From positions 1 through 53,953 of IMG/VR virus record IMGVR_UViG_3300027741_002957: a stretch of DNA of 53,953 nucleotides; one strand, given 5' to 3'. The notes under the pieces are model-generated. The model was not told where the DNA came from and searched no databases. It saw only the letters and a program-made list of their open reading frames with translations. Of the stretch, positions 9,309-19,115 are shown one piece after another. Numbering within the stretch: position 1 is the stretch's first letter; every line of letters begins with the position of its first letter. The DNA comes from a virus. Its lineage: Duplodnaviria > Caudoviricetes. A program made the position numbers and the translations under genes.

Positions 9309-12300
9309 ATGTATTTGAATCAATTCCAAACTACCGATAGCACAAGGCTGCAGCAGATATTATCAACACTTGACCATGTACATGGGGTAAAAATCAACAT
9401 TGACCTGGCAAATCATCATGCAGTCGCTACCCTTAAAGAAACACAATTGTCATATCAAATTCTGCGTGATAGCATAGTCAACGGCAGCGGCTTCAACAGT
9501 TATCAACAGAACCCGGAATATATCAAAAGCTTGTTGATACTAGAAGCAGTGAAAATCATGTTGACTGAAATTGCTCCAAAGCGTCGCCGCAGCAAAAAAA
9601 TGAACGAATCAACTATGGACAGAAACATGAAAGCCAAACCAACTATCAGCACTCAACTCAGTGATATTGCGTTATCGGTTCCCCAGACCAGTGATGAAGC
9701 AACAGCATTCAGCAACACTCTAAGCAGCATAGCCGATAAAATGGCAGCAAAAGGCACGGCATTTGCCGGCACCGACAGTGCGTTAGACTCGGACGAAAAA
9801 GCCGTCATGGGATGGATTAAATCACTGCCTCGTCCAATACATGTTAATAACATGATTTCCCAAGGTGTAAAACGGTGGGGGCCAATATTGTTGAAAAAAC
9901 GCATGGACACTGTGGCTAGTCTACCCAAGATTGATATGTCAGAAGACCGCAGGCTATCCCCGCAACAGTTAAACAAAATTTCAGCACTGGGACGTGCAAT
10001 GATTGACTACAGCACCAAGACACACAGCAAAGACGAGCGTGAATTGGCAATACTTAATAGTATTTCGCGTGTTGGTGACAAACTGGCCAGCATGGGCACT
10101 GATTTTGGACCAAAAGGTTTGACGGATACGGAGAAGAAAATTGTCAAACTGGCCCAGATGAGGATGAAAACTCATGGAGATCTTACACAGGATCTTGATG
10201 AAGAATTGGAAATAATGACTGCTGAAACGACACGACGTGCCAACCCTGGTATGGACAACATTCATGAAAGCGACACGGTAATAGGACAAGTGTCGAATCG
10301 ACCAAAACTACCAGGCGACGCAACCTTCAGCCAAGCACATCACTATGAATATCAAGCCAGTATGGCACGCAGCGAACTCTATCGCAATGCCAAATATGCC
10401 ATGAGTATGATGAAACAGGTTGACCCCAATGGAGAAGTCCCTCCCTGGATTGCTGCATGCTTGACCAAATCTGCCAACATGCTTGACAAGATCTTTCACT
10501 ATCTCGATTATTACAAGACCTTTGAACCAGATCAATTGCCAGAAGGCATGGACAGTGACATGGAATTGGGCGAGACCAGTGGCAGCATTGCTCGTGAAAA
10601 TCTCATGCTGATTATAGAATACAGCACAAATCTTTTCAATATGATCAAACCAGGTGACAAGTTGGAAGGTTGGGTTGCTATGAAGTTGACTACTGCCAGC
10701 GAATGCATCAGCAGCAGCAAGCACTATATGGATTATGTGCAATTTGAGCAGCATGCAATGGATGATCATTTTGAAGAAGGGCGCAAGGCCAAACGTAGAA
10801 CAATGGCAGAATCACGGCTGTACGAGGAGGAGGACCCAGACAATGAAACACTGGCTCGTGCACAGTTAATTCTCAATGCAAAATCATTAAGCAGCAAAGT
10901 GCAGGATATGGCTGAAGATGTGGCTAAAATGTCTGTAAATGATCTAATGCCGCTGGTTGACAGCATGCGTGCACAGTTTGGACCAGAAGCAGCAACTGGA
11001 TTCAATACCACTGTAAAGACTGCCTTAGATGGATTATTAGAAAACACAACCTCAACCAAAGAAGCCATTGACACAGCAGTAACTACATTACAAGGAGGGG
11101 GAGTACCAGCACAACCAACTGATATAGAACAGGCCACTCCAGAACCTGCTGCAGAAGAACCTGTTGCAGAAGAACCTCCTGCAGAAGAACCTGCTGCTGC
11201 AGACCAAGTAGGCCAAGAGGCATTGGGTCGTGCCAAAAAGCCAATGTCTGAAGGCATGATAAAAAATCTAAAGCGTGCTGCGAGCGGATGGCCATCACTG
11301 GGGGTACCCAAAATTGGTGGAACTGGTGGCAAACCAAAAGATGTTGTGGCCAGGGTAAAGCAGATGAGCGATGATCAACTACAGTCCCTAGCAGATCGCA
11401 ATGATGTAGCAGCTGGTTCGCCAGCTGACCTACAAATCAAAGCCGCGAGGCAAGAACTCCGTCGCCGAAAAACCACACAAAATGAAGCATGGGGGACAGA
11501 AATGCACACAGCCAAAAAAGATATTGGCAAGTGGGACGACTGGACCATTGCTGAATTGAAAGCACGCAAAAAGCAATTGATGCACAAACCAGAACGCAAT
11601 GAAAAAGAGCAGAAGGAAGTTAGACAACTGAATTTTGCTATTCGTGCCAAGCAAAAGGATCATTGGGGTGATGTCAATGAAAATGCCATGACCTGCAATG
11701 AGTGCGGCATGGGCACCTATATGGAAGATGATCATGGCAAGATGTGCTGCAACGAATGTGGTGCCGTTATGATTGCAGAGACTTGGCCGGGCTATAAGAA
11801 AAAAATGGCCGATCAAAAGAAGATCATGAGTCGCACAGACAAGGAATGGAACCGTATAACCAAGATCAACAGTGAACCTCCGGTGGTAGAAGCCATGTTT
11901 GGTAAGAAAATCACCGTTACTCAAGAACCAGGACCATTAGGTGGGCCAGCGGTACCTCCAAACAAGGCCAAGGACAAAGCTGCAACAACCGTACAACAGG
12001 TTGACATTCGTGGCAATCCAATTGAGCCTAGCAAAATTTCCAAAAAATCAACAAAACCAGAAGTTACTCAGATTGATCCAAAAGACATGGCCAAAATGCT
12101 GAAGGAAAAAGCCCCACCGGGTGAGAAGGCTGAGCAATTTATACGTGATCAAAAAGATGTTTTTAAAAAACGCTATGGTAAAAACTGGGAAAGTGTATTG
12201 TATGCCACTGCATGGAAAGAGTTTGGGCCAAAGCACGAAGGGTATATCTCAGCAGTAAAGGCATTAGCCGAAGCAAAGGGATCACTAGCAGGCCTCAAAA

Positions 12301-12719
12301 AGCAAATGAACACACACAGGGTAAATTTTAAAAAGCATCTTGCAGAAGGCACAGCTTCCGACCCACTGCAGGTTGGATATGGACTGGAAGGTGAAGATAT
12401 TCTTCAGCAGATGAAGCAACAACAACGTAGAATCTCTGAACTAACTAGTGTTGTTCGTCATATTATGCAAGAAGGTGTGATCGGTATGCTGCAAAACATC
12501 AAATCGCTGAACAAGGCCAAGGAACTACAATCCATAAAAAATCGCACTCCATATGGTGTTGTCTACGAAACTCAAAATGGTAGCAAAAGCAAAAAGATGT
12601 TTGAAACAGCAGATACAAGAGCCTATTGGCTGGATCTACATGCACTAGAGATTAAAAATCCACGCATGATTGATCCTGAAACCTTTGATCGTGCGATAGA
12701 CAAAAAGACAAAGGCTTAA
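9309..12719 (+). CDS. Very large modular late protein (putative capsid-internal polyprotein)
   Basis: Track ORF is 9288-12719; likely start is ATG 9309 after GGGAG, with a late promoter at 9260. It has many short modules separated by x-x-E motifs, internal repeats (VPPWIAACLTKS / LEGWVAMKLTTA) and a CNEC..CNEC Zn ribbon. Confidence 0.75.
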   Translation: MYLNQFQTTDSTRLQQILSTLDHVHGVKINIDLANHHAVATLKETQLSYQILRDSIVNGSGFNSYQQNPEYIKSLLILEAVKIMLTEIAPKRRRSKKMNESTMDRNMKAKPTISTQLSDIALSVPQTSDEATAFSNTLSSIADKMAAKGTAFAGTDSALDSDEKAVMGWIKSLPRPIHVNNMISQGVKRWGPILLKKRMDTVASLPKIDMSEDRRLSPQQLNKISALGRAMIDYSTKTHSKDERELAILNSISRVGDKLASMGTDFGPKGLTDTEKKIVKLAQMRMKTHGDLTQDLDEELEIMTAETTRRANPGMDNIHESDTVIGQVSNRPKLPGDATFSQAHHYEYQASMARSELYRNAKYAMSMMKQVDPNGEVPPWIAACLTKSANMLDKIFHYLDYYKTFEPDQLPEGMDSDMELGETSGSIARENLMLIIEYSTNLFNMIKPGDKLEGWVAMKLTTASECISSSKHYMDYVQFEQHAMDDHFEEGRKAKRRTMAESRLYEEEDPDNETLARAQLILNAKSLSSKVQDMAEDVAKMSVNDLMPLVDSMRAQFGPEAATGFNTTVKTALDGLLENTTSTKEAIDTAVTTLQGGGVPAQPTDIEQATPEPAAEEPVAEEPPAEEPAAADQVGQEALGRAKKPMSEGMIKNLKRAASGWPSLGVPKIGGTGGKPKDVVARVKQMSDDQLQSLADRNDVAAGSPADLQIKAARQELRRRKTTQNEAWGTEMHTAKKDIGKWDDWTIAELKARKKQLMHKPERNEKEQKEVRQLNFAIRAKQKDHWGDVNENAMTCNECGMGTYMEDDHGKMCCNECGAVMIAETWPGYKKKMADQKKIMSRTDKEWNRITKINSEPPVVEAMFGKKITVTQEPGPLGGPAVPPNKAKDKAATTVQQVDIRGNPIEPSKISKKSTKPEVTQIDPKDMAKMLKEKAPPGEKAEQFIRDQKDVFKKRYGKNWESVLYATAWKEFGPKHEGYISAVKALAEAKGSLAGLKKQMNTHRVNFKKHLAEGTASDPLQVGYGLEGEDILQQMKQQQRRISELTSVVRHIMQEGVIGMLQNIKSLNKAKELQSIKNRTPYGVVYETQNGSKSKKMFETADTRAYWLDLHALEIKNPRMIDPETFDRAIDKKTKA
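11141..11197 (+). repeat. 15-bp imperfect tandem repeat encoding (EPxAE)n
   Basis: AGAACCTGCTGCAGA / AGAACCTGTTGCAGA / AGAACCTCCTGCAGA / AGAACCTGCTGC. Confidence 0.9.
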
Positions 12720-12722
12720 CAA

Positions 12723-13088
12723 GTGTTGATCAAAGAGTTGCTGAAGGAAAGCAAGGTAGTAGACAACATAAACAATGATCTCATGGATTTCATTGTAACC
12801 TATAGACGTAAAAACCGGCCATGGGCTCCCATGGCCGGGAAAAATGGTGCAGTGGAATACATGCTTAAATTGGGCTATGATGTTGATGCTGATGATCTGA
12901 TGAAGTTACTATCGCAACCTATGTTTTCAGATGTGGTAGCACAGACTGGTCCTCAAAACATCAAGATCAAAACGGAAATACCAGATCCTCTCAACGACAA
13001 GACTGCCGAAAAAGAACAAAAACAAATAGCCAACACTGCAGATAAGGTTGCAGATGCTGCAGTCAAATCTGGCGAGTTAGCATTATAA
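12723..13088 (+). CDS. Hypothetical protein
   Basis: 121 aa, N-terminal MLIKELLKE motif. Confidence 0.65.
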   Translation: MLIKELLKESKVVDNINNDLMDFIVTYRRKNRPWAPMAGKNGAVEYMLKLGYDVDADDLMKLLSQPMFSDVVAQTGPQNIKIKTEIPDPLNDKTAEKEQKQIANTADKVADAAVKSGELAL

Positions 13089-13103
13089 AGGAGATACAGT
13101 GTC

Positions 13104-13787
13104 ATGTCTTGCTCGTTGAACAATGCCAACTATTGGACCAGTTTTTACTATAACTATGCCTATAACCCCAACCCACCACCGTCCGGAGTTTTCAGCAACG
13201 CAGTAGATGCTCGCCACAGCCTACCAGCAGAAGAAGCAGTCAATGGCGAAGTCTACAATCTCCAGCAGGCAGTGTTTGCAGCCATTAGCCAGGGCGTTTA
13301 TCAAACGCAGGTATCTAACAATACATTGATGACTTACAGCACACCATTTACTCCATTGACATGGACGGTATCTGACAATTTCCTAATAATACCAAACCAT
13401 CCATTTAATACTGGCAACATTGTTACAGTCAGCAGCACAGAAGACCTGCCTACACCACTACAGCAGGCCACTTATTATTATGTTATCTTCGTTGATGTTA
13501 ATACCATAATGCTGGCAACAAATTTTGCCAATGCAACCGCACAGCGCCCGATTCCCATTGTAATATCATCCTCCGGCTCGGGGGTTTTCAGTATCTATGC
13601 CTATTATCCCAGCCAAGACTACTATGGCGCGTGGGCAGGCGAAATGATGAGTAATCCTCTGCTGTCCCCGTCATACAACAACCAAATGAATGCTGTAATC
13701 AATTATTTTTCTACTTTAGGTTATATTGTCAACCGCATAGTTAACACCAATACTGGTAATACCTTTACCTGGGTCCTGCAGTGGTAG
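13104..13787 (+). CDS. Virion structural protein (tail/baseplate-type beta domain)
   Basis: NHPFNTGNIVTVSS..LPTPL...TYYYVI.VD.NTIMLAT is a repeat-type motif seen in phage structural proteins. RBS AAGGAG. Confidence 0.6.
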   Translation: MSCSLNNANYWTSFYYNYAYNPNPPPSGVFSNAVDARHSLPAEEAVNGEVYNLQQAVFAAISQGVYQTQVSNNTLMTYSTPFTPLTWTVSDNFLIIPNHPFNTGNIVTVSSTEDLPTPLQQATYYYVIFVDVNTIMLATNFANATAQRPIPIVISSSGSGVFSIYAYYPSQDYYGAWAGEMMSNPLLSPSYNNQMNAVINYFSTLGYIVNRIVNTNTGNTFTWVLQW

Positions 13788-13793
13788 TCTGTT

Positions 13794-14027
13794 ATGCGTA
13801 GCAGTTATGGTCCGGAAAAACTACTACTGGCTAGTAAAAAGCCGCAGATAATTGACTTAATTGCCAAATCCATACTCATGACAGAAGATGATATTCGCGC
13901 TTTGCAGGAGAAACCAGACGTGATCAAAGGTCTGTTGAACATTAGGCGTCAACATTATCAAATGGATGCTCAACTCAGGGCCGAAGCTATTGCAGATGCA
14001 ATGATGGCCGCACAAAAACAAATATAG
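13794..14027 (+). CDS. Small hypothetical protein
   Basis: 77-aa ORF filling the gap within the operon. Confidence 0.5.
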   Translation: MRSSYGPEKLLLASKKPQIIDLIAKSILMTEDDIRALQEKPDVIKGLLNIRRQHYQMDAQLRAEAIADAMMAAQKQI

Positions 14028-14059
14028 TTCAATCCTAGTCAACCTGCTAAAATAACAAC

Positions 14060-14743
14060 ATGGCAATAACAAATCGGTACCCCTATCAAAAACTCACAAG
14101 AGAAGACGGTGGAGCAGATGGTCGAAAATATGTTGATCCCACAGGTGAAAAACTCCCATCTGTAACAACCATACTGGATCGCACGAAACCAGAAGAAAGC
14201 CGGCGTGCTCTAGCAGCATGGCGACGCAGCGTAGGCGACAAAAAAGCTACTGAAATCACCAATGAAGCAGCCTTTCGAGGTACTATGATGCACAGTTTTC
14301 TCGAAAGGTTCATGCTTGGTGAGGACCCAAAACCTGGCAGTAATTTCTACCATCAACAGAGTTTCAAGATGGCCCAAGCCATTATGCGCGAATACCTCAT
14401 GCCTTTCATGGATGAAACCTGGGGTCTAGAAGCCTCACTGTATTACCCGGGTATCTATGCAGGAACCACTGATATGGCAGGTGTATATCGTGGTAAACCC
14501 AGCATTGTAGATTTTAAACAATCAAATAAATTCAAAACAGATGATCGCGTGGTTGATTATAAACTACAACTTGCTGCCTATGCTCTAGCACATGATGTTT
14601 TGTATGGTACTGATATAAAACAAGGCGTAATCTTGATGTGTACCAAAGATTTGGTAGTGCAAAACTGGGTATTGAATGGATCAGAATTCGAAGAGTATAA
14701 AAATCTATGGTGGAAAAGAGTAGCCGATTACTATGAGGTATGA
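14060..14743 (+). CDS. PD-(D/E)XK exonuclease (MGME1/phage exonuclease type)
   Basis: LPSVTTIL, RGTMMH, E..LY...YAGTTD, IVDFKQS, QLAAYA. Confidence 0.88.
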   Translation: MAITNRYPYQKLTREDGGADGRKYVDPTGEKLPSVTTILDRTKPEESRRALAAWRRSVGDKKATEITNEAAFRGTMMHSFLERFMLGEDPKPGSNFYHQQSFKMAQAIMREYLMPFMDETWGLEASLYYPGIYAGTTDMAGVYRGKPSIVDFKQSNKFKTDDRVVDYKLQLAAYALAHDVLYGTDIKQGVILMCTKDLVVQNWVLNGSEFEEYKNLWWKRVADYYEV

Positions 14744-14745
14744 CA

Positions 14746-14904
14746 TCATTGATTGACGTTGTCTAACCAGTCAACATAGTCATCTACCAATTGGCACACA
14801 TCTTCAACGGATATTTTGTTACTCGCAACAGTTTCAGCCCACTCCAAAGTCAGAAGTGGTATTTGTTCACGGGTTAGCCAACGCAGTTTGACTTGTTGAT
14901 CCAT
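14746..14904 (-). CDS. Small hypothetical protein (52 aa)
   Basis: MDQQVKLRWL...NVNQ*, preceded by TTGACC-16-TATAAC ending 7 nt before the ATG. Confidence 0.4.
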   Translation of the reverse strand: MDQQVKLRWLTREQIPLLTLEWAETVASNKISVEDVCQLVDDYVDWLDNVNQ

Positions 14905-14965
14905 GTCTACTGTTATAAGGTGTATATTTGGTTGGTCAATCTTTGAATTATATGTTTTTTGATTG

Positions 14966-15544
14966 TCAATATTCTTCGTTGATTTTTATTACTCTCTTAC
15001 CAAGTTTTTCTATCATGTTATCTATGTTCAGGTTTGGTAAGAATCGCATGGTTATGCTGCGGCGAGGGGTATTTTGGCTAATGACTCTGACCCTGTGGGG
15101 TTGTTGAATACTTAATAGTGCAGGGCGCTGTCCCTGCCACGAGCCAATTAATTGCGGTGTAGATTCTGTGTAATTCCACACTGTTACCGGAAAGACGTTC
15201 TGCTTGAAAATTAAATTTGGTTTTGCTCCTGCGCGACTGAACCATTCAACTGCGCTGTTGCCCTCTATCAACCAATTTATAGCCACATGTCTGGGGTTGT
15301 TGGTATAATGGCCGTCGGTGTGTATATGATAAATTTCATCATTTGGTACTGGGTTCCAGGTCCACAACAGGAGAACATCTACAGTTAAACCTAGATCTCG
15401 TATGATAGTCTGCATTTCATCAGTTATGGCATCTGCATCGATCCGTTTGACTTGGTTAACCTGTGGAGTTGGCCAGACTACATTTGGACGCAATGGATTC
15501 ATTGGCAAATCAAGCGATGCAAACAATATTTTAGAATCCATCAT
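14966..15544 (-). CDS. Cupin/2OG-Fe(II) oxygenase-like protein
   Basis: HIHTD...AINW...PH.V...RRSITMRF gives an HxD...H metal triad. Paralogous pattern to 52588-53145. Confidence 0.55.
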   Translation of the reverse strand: MMDSKILFASLDLPMNPLRPNVVWPTPQVNQVKRIDADAITDEMQTIIRDLGLTVDVLLLWTWNPVPNDEIYHIHTDGHYTNNPRHVAINWLIEGNSAVEWFSRAGAKPNLIFKQNVFPVTVWNYTESTPQLIGSWQGQRPALLSIQQPHRVRVISQNTPRRSITMRFLPNLNIDNMIEKLGKRVIKINEEY

Positions 15545-15717
15545 CTAATTTCTCCATTGGTCCTGGCTATTGGGGGACAACCATTGTCGTCAACTGTCCA
15601 GTGCAGTTTTGCAGCTTGACGTTTGATTTCTCCAGGGTGTATATCTGGTGTGGTGTTTATACCAGGTTCAATTTTGCCAACACCTGCTGCCTCGCCGATT
15701 AACTCAAATAACCGCAT
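15541..15717 (-). CDS. Small late protein (58 aa, below track cutoff)
   Basis: MRLFELIGEAAGVGKIEPGINTTPDIHPGEIKRQAAKLHWTVDDNGCPPIARTNGEIR*. GATAAATA at 15738-15745 (-), RBS GGGGG, ATGA overlap with the next gene. Confidence 0.7.
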   Translation of the reverse strand: MRLFELIGEAAGVGKIEPGINTTPDIHPGEIKRQAAKLHWTVDDNGCPPIARTNGEIR

Positions 15718-15888
15718 TTAATTTCCCCCAGCCTGGTTATTTATCAGCACTAATTGTGACCAACACAAAAGATTTGGTCAACTACCGCGCAGCAAGCTGT
15801 CGCGGCTTTCCGCTCGACGCAGCTAACGCTGCTGGTAAATACCACAAAGTTTGACGTAAATATTTCACATAGCGGAGTTGACATTATT

Positions 15889-17451
15889 ATGGCCATCCAG
15901 ACAATTTCAAGAATTCAAAATCGCAGGGGATTATATGCCGATCTGCCAGCGTCACTGGCAGAGGGAGAGTTTGGATGGTGTTTGGATACTCGCCAACTGT
16001 TTATCGGCAACAGCGACGGTTACGGAGGCAACACTGAAGTTCTCACCGAGTATAGCCAAAATACAGATATTATTTCCACTGTCTACAACAACAATGGCCT
16101 GCAACTAGCCGCTGCTAAACCAAGAACACTGGGTAGCAAGTTGAATGACATAGTCAGTGTAAAAGATTTTGGTGCGGTTGGCAATGGGTTAGTTAATGAC
16201 GCACCTGCTATAAATGCTGCTATCACCAGTCTGCTTAAAAACTATCCCAATAGTGGCACTACTGTACCCTGTATACATTTACCTGCTGGAAAATATCTTA
16301 TCAACAGCACCATATTGCTGTACCCTTATTTGAATTTACTTGGTGACAGTGACGGGGCCACAACAATACTCTGCAATGACCAACAACTGATGTTTATGAT
16401 GCAGACTGCAGATAGCCTAGGACAAACAGGGGCCAACATTGGTTTGAATAATGCTGCACTGCCGTCTCGCATCCGCCTGCAAGATCTTGTAATCAACACC
16501 AATGGGTTTCACATGAATGCTGTGCAGTTGGTGCGTTATAATCACATACGGTTTGAACGTGTGACTTTTCAAGGCGGATGGACACAAGGACAGGGTCTGT
16601 TGCAGGACTCGGCTGTTACACTAAAAAGTTTTGGCACTGCTATCAACACCTATGATGCACAGTTTATTGACTGTCAATTTAAAGGCTTTACTGTTGGCAT
16701 CACAGCCGATGATCCTGTGACCTATACCGCTGTGGCTAGAAGTGTATTCCGCAACAATTATAGAGGTATGGCATTTGGTGTGACGCCTGTCAGTGGTGGG
16801 CCAAGTTATACCAGTGTGTCACAGAGTTATTTCTATGCTTTGGAAAACTACAACATCATGGTTGGTGATGACAGTACCAATCCCGGAGTTCTCAGCACAA
16901 GCAACTCCTTTAACAGTGATGGTCGTAATCTTGGAGGATATCACATATATTGGGGAAATAACAGCACTTTAAACTCCAGTATCGGAGATGTGTTTGATAT
17001 TTTACCTTCTATCAATAACAATGGTGTAAACAACATCATACTAGATGCACAGATACCACCATTGGGCACAGCACCCAGCAGAACGACCATTATGATCACT
17101 ACCGGTTCAATAGCTCCGGGCAGCAATGTAACTGTCAATGCTACTGGATTCAAAGGCTATAATCTCTACAGTATACAGACCAATCAACCTGCCTGGGTTA
17201 CCATTTACAGCAGCGCAGCAAGTCTAGTTGCCGATGCTGGGCGACCCATACACACAGATCCAACATCTGGAAGCGGTGTAATCGCCGAAGCCATTAACAA
17301 TATAGGTACTATCAAATTATTTACACCAGCAGCAATTGGGTTCAGCAGCGAATCACCGCCAACTGACATAATACCCATAAAAGTGACCAATACTGCAGCC
17401 GGCGCAGCAGTCATCACCGTGACATTGACCCTACTACAAACAGAATCCTAA
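15889..17451 (+). CDS. Tail fibre/tailspike with pectate-lyase-like beta-helix
   Basis: N-terminal IQNRRG..LP..LAEGEFGW..DTRQLFIG attachment motif, VSVKDFGAVGNG..ND, LPAGKYLI. Confidence 0.8.
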   Translation: MAIQTISRIQNRRGLYADLPASLAEGEFGWCLDTRQLFIGNSDGYGGNTEVLTEYSQNTDIISTVYNNNGLQLAAAKPRTLGSKLNDIVSVKDFGAVGNGLVNDAPAINAAITSLLKNYPNSGTTVPCIHLPAGKYLINSTILLYPYLNLLGDSDGATTILCNDQQLMFMMQTADSLGQTGANIGLNNAALPSRIRLQDLVINTNGFHMNAVQLVRYNHIRFERVTFQGGWTQGQGLLQDSAVTLKSFGTAINTYDAQFIDCQFKGFTVGITADDPVTYTAVARSVFRNNYRGMAFGVTPVSGGPSYTSVSQSYFYALENYNIMVGDDSTNPGVLSTSNSFNSDGRNLGGYHIYWGNNSTLNSSIGDVFDILPSINNNGVNNIILDAQIPPLGTAPSRTTIMITTGSIAPGSNVTVNATGFKGYNLYSIQTNQPAWVTIYSSAASLVADAGRPIHTDPTSGSGVIAEAINNIGTIKLFTPAAIGFSSESPPTDIIPIKVTNTAAGAAVITVTLTLLQTES

Positions 17452-17533
17452 ACGGACAATCATAATCGACGATAGATAGAATCCATCTCTCGGATCAATT
17501 GTATCCATGTCAGTCAATCCAAAGGAGGTCTAA

Positions 17534-18049
17534 ATGACCAATAGCGATAATTTTGGTAATTCAACAGCTCTACTCAATTCGTGGAAACAACTTCGTCTTT
17601 CAATGACACACGACCAAACTGACCAAGAACATCTTGATAAAGTAGTTGAATTTTGGAGCCATGCACCAATATCTCTACATGTATTAGACTGGGATCAACC
17701 ACATCTGTGGCCAAATGCCTGGAATCTCATGTATCAAAATAAATTTGATGAAAATGCAGTTGCCCTGGGCATGTTCTATTCACTTATATACTCTAGCGAT
17801 CGCCGCTGGAATTCTCAAAGGATTGAGATATGTCTTATCAACAGCACACCTAAAAACTACCAGGGACTAATTTTGGAAGTCGACGACCGATGGCTCCTGA
17901 ATGTAGAATACAATAGACTGATCGACAGTACCAAAAACAGCAGGGATTATATAGTGCAGCAGACATATGACTACGAAAACAATCGCTACACTGCACGTTA
18001 TAGTCAAGATCAAAGTCAGACAAAAACAAATGATAACCAAATATTTTGA
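17534..18049 (+). CDS. Hypothetical protein upstream of nrdA
   Basis: 171 aa, strong RBS AAGGAGGT. Confidence 0.7.
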   Translation: MTNSDNFGNSTALLNSWKQLRLSMTHDQTDQEHLDKVVEFWSHAPISLHVLDWDQPHLWPNAWNLMYQNKFDENAVALGMFYSLIYSSDRRWNSQRIEICLINSTPKNYQGLILEVDDRWLLNVEYNRLIDSTKNSRDYIVQQTYDYENNRYTARYSQDQSQTKTNDNQIF

Positions 18050-18118
18050 AGTTTAAATAGAACGCTCTTACATTACACAGCGACTTCAAAACATCAACAG
18101 ACATAAAGAGGACTGCGC

Positions 18119-19087
18119 ATGACAACTCAAAAACAGGGTGATATTTTCGTCACCAAGAGAGACGGACACCAAGAACTATTGAACATCGAAAAATGGCAAC
18201 AGCAAATCGCTAAGATTTGTAAAAATGTAGCAGATGTCAGCCAGTCTATGATCGAAATCAAAGCACAGTTACATTTTTATAACAATATCACCACTACCGA
18301 AATCGATAGTATCACACTGCGGGCCATAGTTGATTTGATCGACATTGAGATCAACCCGGTGATTGGCCATACAAATTATCAATATGTTGCTGGTAAACAA
18401 CGCCTGTCAATGCTGCGCAAGGATGTTTATGGTTCCTATGAGGTACCGGATCTCTTGTCAATCGTCAAACGCAATGTAGAGGTAGGTCTCTATACTCCAG
18501 AACTGCTGGAATGGTACTCAGACGATGATTGGCACAAGATGAACGAGATGCTGGATCATGAAAAGGACGAGCAATACAGTTTTGCTGCTATTGAACAGAT
18601 GATTGAAAAATATCTTGTTCGCAACAGGGCAACCAATAAGATCTATGAAACTCCGCAGATTCGCTACATTGTAGCCGCTGCTACTGTTTTCCATAGAGAA
18701 GAACCAAATACGGCGAGAATGCGCTATATCAAAGAATACTACAATGCTGCATCAGATGGTTTGTTTACTCTTGCTACACCTGTGTTGGCTGGCCTTGGCA
18801 CTCCAACTAAACAGTTTTCTAGTTGTGTGCTAATCCGCAGTGACGACAATTTGGATAGTATCTTTGCTTCTGGCGAGATGATGGCCAAGTATGCCAGTAA
18901 ACGTGCTGGGATCGGATTGGAAATAGGTCGACTGCGCCCATTGGGCTCCTCAATTCGCGGTGGCGAAATCATGCATACTGGTATGATACCTTTCTTGAAA
19001 AAATGGTTTGGTGATCTGCGCAGTTGCTGTGTTACCCCAGATACCTGGGTAGAGGTTTTAGATGAGGATAATTCTATAGATAAATGA
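18119..19087 (+). CDS. nrdA: Class Ia ribonucleotide reductase alpha, piece 1 (ATP cone to ...DLRSC) plus 19-aa IntN
   Basis: VTKRDG ATP cone, ETPQ, ATPVLAG, QFSSCVL (C225 equivalent), RAGIG. Confidence 0.93.
   Translation: MTTQKQGDIFVTKRDGHQELLNIEKWQQQIAKICKNVADVSQSMIEIKAQLHFYNNITTTEIDSITLRAIVDLIDIEINPVIGHTNYQYVAGKQRLSMLRKDVYGSYEVPDLLSIVKRNVEVGLYTPELLEWYSDDDWHKMNEMLDHEKDEQYSFAAIEQMIEKYLVRNRATNKIYETPQIRYIVAAATVFHREEPNTARMRYIKEYYNAASDGLFTLATPVLAGLGTPTKQFSSCVLIRSDDNLDSIFASGEMMAKYASKRAGIGLEIGRLRPLGSSIRGGEIMHTGMIPFLKKWFGDLRSCCVTPDTWVEVLDEDNSIDK
19028..19087 (+). mobile_element. Atypical split intein IntN (19 aa) in NrdA
   Basis: CVTPDTWVEVLDEDNSIDK*. Splicing would restore RSC|SQGG (E. coli KSCSQGG). 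Confidence 0.88.
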
Positions 19088-19115
19088 CAGTTTTTCGTAT
19101 ACCAGCATAAATAAT

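Noticed and set aside
15648-15854. Track ORF 15648-15854 (+)
   Set aside because: It overlaps a better-supported minus-strand 58-aa gene with a late promoter and coupled stop/start.
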